DNA from: Mobula hypostoma
Lineage: Eukaryota
NCBI RefSeq assembly: GCF_963921235.1
Contig: NC_086108.1
Location: forward strand, 57,848,001 to 57,912,000
DNA length: 64,000 nt
Reading direction: 5' to 3'
The translations under genes and the position numbers were made by a program. The first letter of the stretch is position 1. The number at the start of each line of letters is the position of its first letter. Of this stretch, positions 54,201 through 64,000 are shown one piece after another. The notes beneath the pieces are model-generated. The model was not told where the DNA came from. It did not search any database and saw only the letters and a list, made by a program, of their open reading frames with translations.

Positions 54201-54781
54201 TTTGGAGACATAACAACGTTCTCAAAGTTGTAACAGAAGCGGTGGAGCAGAGAGTACTGCAGCACAACTTATCTCATGCCCCATGCTGCACAGAACATCG
54301 CATATCATTTGTGAAAGAAGACTCCAAGTCAAGGGTGTACAGTATAGGCTCACAATCAAGCATACTTTCTCCAGCCAATGATTGGTGTGTCAAGGCCGAC
54401 CTGGATGGGAAAGGCAGTTTCCTGGAGCAAATAGCTTTCACAACATTGCGTCCAGATATAATCGTATGGTGTGATACCAGTAGAGAAGCGGTTATTGGTG
54501 AACTCACAGTCCCCTGGGAAGACAACATCGATGAAGCCCATGAGCGCAAGTTAACCAAATATGCAGAGTTGAGATCAGAGTGCAGAGACAGAGGGTGGAA
54601 GGTCTCATGCTATCCATTCGAAGTAGGCTGCTGTGGGTTTATTGCGTTCACTCTCCAGGAGTGGCTGCGTGACCTTGGCTTCACTAGAAGAGAGATCAAG
54701 TCAACCAGCAGGGCTGTAGCTGAGGCAGCAGAGAAAGGGTCAGCGTGGGTGTGGACCAAGTATGTCCAGAGGGGCAGATAG
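51243..54781 (+). pseudogene. Hero-like polyprotein (~1180 codons) with three TGA stops (52758, 52965, 54098) and one frameshift (~53162); true start uncertain
   Basis: CWCGR...GLRVHQAKLKC finger; PGPNG, IPK, FRPI.LLN.EGK, DLANAYGSVPH, GIPMGC..S..LF, AFMDD; C..CGEKGTLQHILSAC, RHNNVL, RPDIIV, ELTVPWE, ERK..KY. Confidence 0.9.
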
Positions 54782-54903
54782 TCAGACAGTGTATACATAT
54801 CTTGCAAACCCTTCAGTAGTTGCACAGACCCCTGAAGAGTAGACTATCTGTTGGATGGAAGTGACCAATAACTCTGATAGAGGCAGATGCCAAATTTTTA
54901 AGC

Positions 54904-55022
54904 TCACCAGTGGGAGGTGGTGCTTTAGCACTGCTGGCCCACCACCTCGAGGGAGTCTTGATCATAAGCGGGCCGAAACTCCTGAAGACAGGTGGCAGAT
55001 CAACTGATGATCCCACTGGTGA
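54904..55022 (+). ncRNA. Structured 3' UTR RNA: hammerhead-core motif with non-canonical pseudoknotted topology, four-way junction and kink-turn
   Basis: GTC 54955-57, GAAA 54975-78, CTGATGA 55004-10; stem I 54958-63/54998-55003; stem III 54951-56/54978-83; helices 54904-15/55011-22, 54916-23/54928-35, 54936-40/54970-74, 54942-47/54990-95. Confidence 0.7.
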
Positions 55023-57984
55023 TAGCACAGGACAGTTAACATCTTAGTCCATGTGTATTTTGTAACTCAAATCAGCCACAACACCAGCTATCTTAATGTC
55101 ATCTGCATACTTACTAATCCAATTTACCACCCCATCATCCAGATCATTAATATATATATATGACAAACAACATTGGACTCAGTACAGATCCCTGAGGCAC
55201 ACCGCTACACACCATCTTCCAATCTGACACACAGATATCCACCTCTACTCTCTGGCGTCTCCCATCTAGCCACTGCTGAATCCATTTTACTACTTCCATA
55301 TTAATGCCTATCGATTGAACCTTCCTAACTAACTTTCCGTGTGGAACCCTGTCAAAGGCCTTACTGAAGTCCATATAGACAACATCCACCGCTTTACCCT
55401 CGTCAACTTTCCTAGTAACCTCATCAAAAAATTCAGTAAGATTTGTCAAACATGACCTTCCACAGACAAATCCATGTTGACTGTTCCTAATCAGACTCTG
55501 TCTATCCAGATAATTATATATACCATCTCTAAGAATACTTTTCATCAATTTACCCACCACTGACATCAAACTCATAGGCCAATAATTGCCAGGTTTACTC
55601 TTAGAACCCTTTTTAAACAATGGAATCGCATGAGCAATACGCCAATCCTCCGGCACCATTCCTGTTTCTAATATTTCTGTCAGAGCCCCTGCTATTTCTA
55701 CACCAACTTCCCACAAGGTCCTAGGGAATATCTTGTCCGGACCTGGAGACTTATCCACTCTTATATTCCTTAAAAGCGCTAGTACTTCCTCTTCTTTAAT
55801 TGTCATACTTTCCATAACTACCCTTCTTGTTTCCTTTACCTTACACAATTCAATATCCTTTTCCTTAGTGAATACCGAAGAAAAGAAATTGTTCAAAATC
55901 TCCCCCATCTCTTTTGGCTCTGCACATAGCCCTCCACTCTGATCCTCCAAGGGACCAATTTTATCCCTCACTATCCTTTTGCCACTGACATAACTGTAGA
56001 AACCCTTTGGATTTATTTTCACCTTACTTGCCAAAGCAGCCTCGTATCTTCTTTTAGCCTTTCTAATTTCTTTCTTAAGATTCTTTTTACATTCTTTATA
56101 TTCCTGGAGTACCTCATTAACTCCAAGCTGCCTATATTTATTGAAGATCCCTCTCTTTTTCCGAACCAAGTTTCCAATATCCCTTGAAAACCATGGCTCT
56201 CTCAAACTTTTAACCTTTCCTTTCAATCTAACAGGAACATAAAGATTCTGAACCCTCAAAATTTCAAAATTATCTGCCAAATCGTCCTGTTTCTACCCTC
56301 ACTAGGGCGTGGCACAGGAAGCAATCCAGAAATTACTACCTGGGAGGTCTTGCTTCTCTGCTTTCTACCTAGCTCTCTAAATTCTCTCTTCAGGACCTCT
56401 TTGCTTTTCCTTCCTATATCATTGGTACCAATATGTACCAAGACATCTGGCTGCTTTCCCTTCCTCTCCAAAATGTTGTGGACGTGATCTGAGACGTCCC
56501 TGACCCTGGCACCTGGGAGGCAACATACCATCCGGGTGTCCCGTTCACATCTACAGAATCTCCTGTCTGTTCCTCTCACTACTGAGTCCCCTATCACTAC
56601 TGCTTCCTTCTTTCTCTTTCTAAACTCTTCAAATGAATTGAAAGAAGAGGTTCCCCATTTCATTGAAAACTTAGATAAAGGATGAGTTGCAGTAATTCCA
56701 TGTCTGAGGTGAGCAGCTGAACGCTCACTGAATCTATAAATGGGTGTTCACTATAATGTCAGCAATTGCACTGCTCTGACATCCATTTGCTTCGATTGAT
56801 GCCCTACGTTACAAGTTTTACTCTGTTCTTATCTATGTATATCTTTGAAAGCTTAACCTAGTAGCATGTACTCCCTCAATTCCAGAAAACTCACTGCAGA
56901 TATTTTCTAGCTCCATCTCCTTTAACAATGAGATTGCCGTGGTCCTTTTGGATTTTGTAGATAGTGAGCAAAACGTTGATCTTTAGTTTTGAAGAGATGC
57001 TGTACATAAAAATTAAAGGTCACAGTCAAAGACTAATACAATACAATACTCATCATTGCACAGCCTCCTCCATCACCTCAGATGAATGCAAATGGTTAAA
57101 AGTAAATCAAACGAAAAATTTTGATTAATAGACAGCTCAGACTGCTAAAGTTAGAGGAAGCATATTGATTAAATAATCGTATTAATGCAACCCTTTTGTT
57201 TCCTCTTAGTGACAACTTCTCAACTTAGTTTGCTGGCCCTACTACTACCACACACTGTCCCATTTCCCCTTCAGCTGTAATCAGGCTAATGAGAGGCTGC
57301 TCTCTTTCAGTGTGGTTGAGTAAAGATGACCATGATGGATAACTACGATCAGCCCTGGATCTATAAGGGCCAGCTGGTGATTATAGCAACACTAGCTAAT
57401 GGGTGGGGAAGATTGTTTGGCAACCTAGGCTCGTGAGCTGAGGGATGTATTTAAGGTCATTCCCTATGAAAGTACAGATGCTGACATTTTTTAGAGGGGA
57501 TAAGAATTTTCTATCTCCACCATGCCACTGGGACTAGTCAAACTCTGGATGTATCCAATGTGACCTAGTTCATATGAATATTGTCTATGTCTCCAGACAT
57601 TACATTACAGACAATAAACATCCGCATGACAGTAATGTTCCCTTTAATGGTAAGTGTGCCTCTGGAATCATCTGTCTGATTAACAGTCTGCACAGTTCCA
57701 TTTGGAGTAACCAGATGCCCAGGGTGGAAATGTTGAATACTAAAGGACACAGCTTAAAATGAGAGGGGGAGTGTTTAAACAGATTTACAAGGCAAGCATT
57801 TTTAACAGAGTGGTAGGTGTCAGGAACACAATACCAGGACAAATGGTTGAGCTGATGCATGGACCAGTTCTTGTGCTGTACTGTTCTATGTGCTATGAGG
57901 CACAAGGATTTTGGTAGTGTCTCATAGAAAGAGAAACTTGCTTTGTTAAGATAGGGGGGTCACTATCATGCTGCTGATTATTCC

Positions 57985-60590
57985 CTGTTGCACGTTCCAG
58001 AGTTTAGATATTTTAAAAGGGAGGGATGTAAAAGAAATGAGGGAGTGGCATTGCTAATCAGGGATAGTATCACAGCTGCAGAAAGGAAGGATATTAAGGA
58101 TTATCTAATGGGCCAGTGTGTCTGGAATTCAGGAATAGGAAGGGAGCAATCGCTCTATCAGGAGAATTCTGTAGACACCCTCTCCCAATAGCAACAGAGA
58201 TACTGAGGAAGAGATAGGGAGGCAGTTTTGGAAATATGCAAAAATCAGGGTTATTGTCATAGGTGATTTCAAATCCCCTAATATTGATTGGCATCTCAAT
58301 GCAAAAGGTTTTTTAGGGCCAGAATTTGTTAGGTGAATCTAGGAAGGATTTCTGACAATATGTAGACCGGGCAACTGGTGGAGAGACAGTACTGCTCCGG
58401 TATGAGGCGATGAACCTGGTCAGATGACAGACTTCTTGGTGGCCGAGCATTTCGCAGGCACTGACCACAAATCCCTGGCCTTCACCATAGCCTTCACAAG
58501 GATAGGAGCAGACAGTATGGGGAAGTATTTAAATGGCAGAGGGCAAATTATGATGCTTTTAGGGAGGAATGCGGGAGGAAATTGGGAAGGATGTACTCAG
58601 GAAAATGCACAGCAGAAATGTAGAGGTTGTTTAGGGAAGGGATTCTGAATAGGTTTGTCCCAATGAGGCAGGGAAAGGATGGCAGGGCAAAGGAACCATG
58701 GTTTGATGAGAGGTGTGGAACATCTTGTCAAGAGGAAGAAAGAAATATACTTAGGGTTTTGGAAGCAGGGATCAGCCAGGGCTATAGAGAGTTACAAGGA
58801 AGTCAGGAAGGAGCTTAATAGAATTAGGAGAGCTAGAAGGTGAAATAAGATGGCCTTGGCATTTAGGATTAAGGAAAACCTCAAGGCATTTTAAATGTGT
58901 GTGAAGAACAGAAGGATGACTAGAGTGAGGGTAGAATTGATCAGGGATGAAAGAGTGGCTAGAGGTAGGAAGCTCCTTAGTGGATATTTTGCTTCACTAG
59001 TTAGTGAGAAGGACCTCGACAAATGTGAGGTTAGCTTAAAAAAGGGTACTGTGCTGGAACTCTTGAAAAATATTAAGATAGATAATTACCAGAACAGTTC
59101 GGGACATCCCCAGGTTACCACGGGAAGTGAGAGAAGATATAGCTGAGCCTATGGCAATGATCCTTGCGTCCTAACTGGCCACAGGTATAGTACCAGAAGA
59201 TTAGAGGGTAGCAAATTTTGTTCCTTTGTTCAAGAAAGGTAATAATCCTGAGAATTATACTGTAGACCTATGAGTTTTACGTCGGTAGTGGGCAATCTAT
59301 TGGAGAGAATTCTTAGAGACAAGATTTATGAACATTTGGATAAGCCTAGTCTGATTAGGGATGGTCAATATGGCTTTGTAAGGGGCAGGCTGTGCATTGC
59401 AATCCTAGTTGAATTCTTTGAGGAAGTGACAAAACAAATTGATGAAGGCAGAATGTTGTGTATATGGGTACTAGTAAGGTATATGACAAGGTTTCCAATC
59501 GTAGTCTCATTCAGACAGTCAGTAGACATGGGAACCAGGGAGAATTGGCTGCATGGATTTAGAAATGGTTTGCTCACAGAAGGCAGAGGCTGGAAGTTGG
59601 TGGAGTGTATTTTGCCTGGAGATCAGTGAGCAGTTGTGTTCCACAGTGATCTGTCCTGGGACCCATGCTCTTTGTGAATTTTATAGAATACTGGATGAAG
59701 AAATGGAAGGACGGGTTAGTAAGTTTGCTGACGACATGAAGGTTGTTAGTTACAATAGGAAATTGATTGGATGCTGACATGGGTTGAGAAGTGGAAGATG
59801 GAGTGCAATCCAGAAAGTTATGAAGTGTTTCACTTTGGAAGATTGAATATGAAAGCAGAAGACATGGTTAATGGCAGGATTTTTAACAGCGTGAAGAAGC
59901 AGATAGATATTTGGGTCCATGTCCATAGATTGACTAAAAGACATAGACTAAAAGTTGCAGTGCAATTTGATAAGGTGGTTAAGAACGTTTGTGGTGTGTG
60001 TTGGTCTTTGTTAGTTGGAGGATTGAGTTCAAGGGTCACAAGGTAATGTTGCAGCTCTATAAAACTGGTTAGAGCTCACTTGAAGTATTGCGTTCAGTTC
60101 TGGTCACCTCATTATAGGAAGGATGTGGAAGCTTTAGAGAGGACGCAGAGGAGATTTACTGGGATGCTCCTTGGATCAGAGAGCATGCCTTTTGAGGATA
60201 GGTTGAGCAAGCTAGGCCTTTCCTCTTTGGGGAAAAGGAGGATGAGAGGTGACTTGATAGAGTGTATAAGATGATAAGAGATAGAGTGGACAGCAGAAGA
60301 CATTTTCCCCAGGTGGAAATGGCTAATACAAGGGGGCATAACTTTAAGGTATTTGGAGGAAATTATAAGGGGTATGTCAGAGGAGGGTTTTTTTACAGAG
60401 CATAGTGGGTGCATGAAATGCACTGTCAAGGGAGGTGGTAGAGGCAAATACATGAAGGACAGTTAAAAGATTCTTAGGTAGGCACATGGATGAAAGAAAA
60501 ATGAAGGGCTATTGATAGAGAAAGAGTGGAAGGTTAAATGGTTTGCACAATATTGTGGGCTGAAGGGCCTGTACTGAGCTTTTTTTTATG
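57985..60590 (+). mobile_element. Decayed CR1 (endonuclease to 3' UTR)
   Basis: [54 protein letters not shown]. Confidence 0.88.
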
Positions 60591-60649
60591 TTTCCAATGT
60601 TTCAAGCAAAAAGATCTGCCCTGTTTGTTCATCTTCTCTTCTGAATTCG

Positions 60650-62590
60650 TAAGACCATAAGATATAGGAGAGATTTAGAACATTTGGCCCATTGAGCCTG
60701 CTCCACCATTTCATCATGGCTGATCAAATTTTAGTCTCAGCCCCAATCCCCATTTCCCTTCATGCCCTGACGAATCAAGAATCTATCAACCTCTGCCTAA
60801 AATATACATAAATATATGAATTCCACAGCTACCTGTGGCAAAGAATTCCACAGATTCACCACTCTCTGGCTAAAGAAATTCCTCCTCATCTCCATTCTAA
60901 AAGTACATCTCTCTATTCTGAGGCTGATCTTAGACTCTCTCACCATAGGAAACATCCTCTCCACATCCATTCTGTCAAGGCCTTTCACCATTCGATAGGT
61001 TTCAATGAGGTCACCCCTCATTCTTCTGAATTTCAGTGAATACGGGCCCAGGGCCATCAAACATTTTTCATATGACAAGCTGTTTAATCCTACAATCATT
61101 TTTGTGAACCACCTTTGAACCCTCTCCAGTTTCAGCACATCCTTTCTAAGATAACAGACCCAAAACTGCTCATAATACTCCAAGTGAGGCCTCACCAGTG
61201 CTTTATAAAGTTTCAACATTACATCCTTGCTTTTATATTCTAGTCCTCTTGAAATGAATGCTAGCATCGCATTTGCCTTCCTCACCACAGACTCAACCTA
61301 CAAATTAACCTTCAGGGAATCCTACACAAGGACTCCCAAGTCCCTTTGCACCTCAGTTTTTTGTATTTTCTCTCCGTTTTGAAAATAGTCAACCTTTTCA
61401 TCTCTTCTACCAAAGTACATGACCGTACACTCCTGACACTGTGTTCCGTCTGTCACTTCTTTACCCATTCTCCTAATTTGTCAAAGTTCTTCTGTAGCCT
61501 CTCTACTTCTTCAAAAATAACTGCCTATCTTCATATCATCTGCAAACTTTGCCACAAAGCTATCAATTCCATCTTCCAAATCACTGATATAAAATGTAAA
61601 AAGAATTGGTCCCAACATAGTGGAAAACCACTAGTCACTGGCAGCAAGCTAGAAAAGGTTCCCTTTATTCTGACTCTTTGCTTCACTGCTTTATCCGTGC
61701 TGGAATCTTTCCTGCAATACTGTGGATTCATAGCTTGTTAAGCAGCCTCATACATGGCACTTTGTCAAAGGCTTTCTCAAAATTCAAGTACACAACATCA
61801 ACTGATTCTCCTTTGTCTATCCTGCTTTTTATTTCTTCAAATAATTCCAATAGATTGTCAGGAAAGATTTTCCCTTGAGGAAACCCTGCGGACTATGGCC
61901 TATTTTATCATGCGCCTCCAAGTATCCTGAGACATTATCCTTAATAATCAACTCTCACATCTTCCCAACCATTGGCCTATAGTTTCCTTTCTTCTGCCTC
62001 TCTTTCTTCTTGAAGAGTGGAGTGATATTTGTAATTTTCCAGTCTTCTGGAACCATTCCAGAATCTAGTGATTCTTGAAAGACCATTACTAATGCCTCCA
62101 CAATCTCTTCAGCCACCCCTTTCAGAGATCTGCTGTGGTGAACCATCTGGTCCAGGTGACTTATCTATCTTCAGACCTTGCAATTTCCCCAAAAACCTTC
62201 TGTCTAGTTATGGTAACTTCACAAACTTCATGTCCCCTGACACCTGGAATTTCCACCATACTGCAAGTGTATCAGTCTTCACTGTGGATGACAAAATACT
62301 TATTCAGTTCATCTGCCATTTCATTGTACCCCATTACTTCCTTTCCAGCATCATTTTCCAGCAGCCTAAGATCCACTCTTGCCTCTCGTTTACACTTTAT
62401 GTATCTGAAGAAACGTTTGGTATCCTCTTTAATATTATTGGCTAGTTTACTTTCGTATTCCATCTTTACCTTCTTGAGGTCTTTTTAGTTGCCTCCTGTT
62501 AGTATTTGAAAACTTCCCAATCTTCTAAGTTCCCATTAATTTTTGCTCCATTGTATGCCCTCTCTTTGGCTTTTATGTTGGCTTTCGTTC
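60650..62590 (-). mobile_element. CR1, 5'-truncated, with internal deletions
   Basis: ORFs 62272-62463, 61955-62146 (VPEDWK..N.TPLFKK) and 60797-61288. Confidence 0.92.
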
Positions 62591-62869
62591 CATTCCATTT
62601 ATTCCATTCACAATGTGTTTTTTTTTTCTAAGCTATCTATTTTCTGAAAGTGACAATCTTATGCTAATTCATGTAGCTTGGAAAGTCTGATATTTTCAAG
62701 ACCTTTCTGAGAAGGTTAATGCATGTTGTGCTTTACGTATTCATGTTTAAGATCAAAAATTTTCACTTTGCAGCAAGACCCAGACATGGAAAATATTGAT
62801 CATTGTTTATTAGTTTCTTTCCTTGCAAGTTGTTGCCTCAGTTGCACATCCAACCTTGGAATGAAACCC

Positions 62870-63140
62870 AGCAGCAAAAGCTGCACTCACCACATTACAG
62901 CACCAGTGATCGAAATTCACTTCCTGCCTTCTCCCCATGACCACTGGGGACTCCCATTTCCGCCCACATTCCAAAGACATACAGGTTAGGGTTAATAAGT
63001 TGTGAGCTTGTTATGTTGGCGGCAGACACATGGTGATCCTTTTGGCTGCTCCGAGTAGACCCTCAAGTTGTTGGTCATTGACACAAATAACACATTTCAT
63101 TGAATGCTTTGTTATTTTGATGTACATGCGATAAGGCTAA
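62870..63140 (+). mobile_element. Decayed SINE
   Basis: SINE core-like cccacattccaaagacatacaggttagggttaa...tgtacatgcgataaggctaa. Confidence 0.5.
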
Positions 63141-63159
63141 TATTTAAAAAAAAATCTTT

Positions 63160-64000
63160 ATTTGCCTCTGCCACCACTCCTGGCAGCACATTTTAGTTAC
63201 CCATAGCTCTCTGTATAAAGAAATTCCTGCCTCACATTGCTCCTTTGAACTTTGCCCCTTCTCTTAGATGCGTGTCCTCTAGTATTAGAAATTTTTACAC
63301 AGGGGAGAAAGTTATCTATTCTTTTCATAATTTTAAAAACTTCTATCAGGTCTGTCCTCAGCCTCCACCACACCAGAAAAAAAGAACACTCATTTCTCCT
63401 TATAGCACATGACCTCTAATCCAGACAGTATCCTGTTAAACCTCTTTGTGACACAAGATTCTGCAGATGTTGGAAATCTTGTGCAATATACACAAAATGC
63501 TCAATAAACTCAGCAAGTTAGCATCAATGGATGGAAATAAACAGTCAATGTCTCATTCACTGATACTGCTTGACTTGCTGAGTTCCTCTAGCATTTTGTG
63601 CATTGCTCAGATCTCTTTTGATCCCTCATCAAAGCCTCCACATCCTTCCTATAATGGAACCAGAATTTTATAAAACAGCAACGCAATTTCCTGTTTCTTG
63701 AACTCAGTGCTTCAACTAGTAAAGACAATCATGTCATATGCCTTCTTTACAAAGCTATCAAGATGTGCACCCATTTTCAGGGAGCTATGGACTTGGACCT
63801 CAAAATCCCTCTGCCCATCAGTGCAGATTAGACAGGGTCTTCACATTAATTGTGTACTTTCCCTTTTCATATGATCTCCCAAAGTCAACACTTCACACTA
63901 GCCCAGATTAGACTTCATCTGTCATTTCTCTGCCCGTATCCACAACTGATCTATATTCCGCTATATCCTTTGGAAATCTTCTACACTATTCACAATGCAT
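63160..64000 (-). mobile_element. Old CR1 fragment running off the window, containing an inverted Penelope pseudo-LTR relic at ~63450-63615
   Basis: CR1 minus motifs (cctccacatccttcctataa, tcatatgccttctt, catctgtcatttctctgccc); pLTR motifs ctgcagatgttggaaatc and ctgagttcctctagcattttgtg in opposite orientations. Confidence 0.75.

Larger units (their letters stand above)
51171..55070 (+). mobile_element. Near-full-length Hero-like non-LTR retrotransposon (R2 group, restriction-like endonuclease) with 33-bp terminal direct repeats
   Basis: Single-ORF layout zinc finger-RT-CCHC-RLE; direct repeat at 51171-51203 and 55036-55068; possible 3-bp TSD atc (51168-51170 and 55071-55073). Confidence 0.9.
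50297..56270 (-). mobile_element. Younger CR1 nested in the outer CR1 ORF1, itself split by the Hero-like element
   Basis: ORFs 55147-56280, 50877-51149 and 50312-50824; removing the insertion restores YADDIKIAGVVA|DEAGFQSLQGDL. Confidence 0.93.
46296..56620 (-). mobile_element. Long CR1 (outer element: ORF1 SGNH esterase through 3' UTR), in pieces 46296-46754, 47661-50296 and 56271-56620
   Basis: ORF1 VVIGDS..RG...LPGAR...HIGTND (56256-56663) rejoins across the insertion as TIWQI|NAWLRSWCRGQG; endonuclease/RT ORFs at 47936-50074. Confidence 0.9.

Noticed and set aside
54811..54838. Additional CTGAAGA (CUGANGA) motifs at 54832 and 54982 in the Hero 3' UTR
   Set aside because: Neither is preceded by a strand complementary to the bases after a UH site. 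The first lies in a cttcag/ctgaag hairpin and the second forms stem III plus the k-turn.
1..64000. CRISPR arrays, rRNA, bona fide tRNA genes, prokaryotic operons
   Set aside because: None seen; the sequence is vertebrate-like repeat-rich DNA, and tRNA-like boxes occur only in SINE heads.

Overview
Repeat-saturated, AT-rich eukaryotic DNA, intergenic or deep intronic. I infer a cartilaginous fish (ray-like) from the mix of CR1, Rex-Babar, Penelope and tRNA-derived SINE families. No intact host protein-coding gene is recognisable, and nearly all ORF-track hits are fragments of decayed retrotransposons: many CR1 LINEs, Rex-Babar, L2, a Nimb-like LINE with RNase H, Penelope-like elements with minimal hammerhead motifs, Tc1- and Tigger-like DNA transposon relics, a solo LTR and SINEs. 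The standout is a near-full-length Hero-like (R2-group, restriction-like endonuclease) retrotransposon at 51171-55070, nested inside two CR1s. Its 3' UTR (54904-55022) contains a complete hammerhead catalytic core (GUC, GAAA, CUGAUGA, with stems I and III fully paired). The strand order is not a circular permutation of known hammerhead types, stem II is replaced by a gap-free four-way junction, and a kink-turn sits on stem III. The element also carries a copy of its own last 33 nt at its 5' end. All structures were paired by eye, and most repeat boundaries are approximate.
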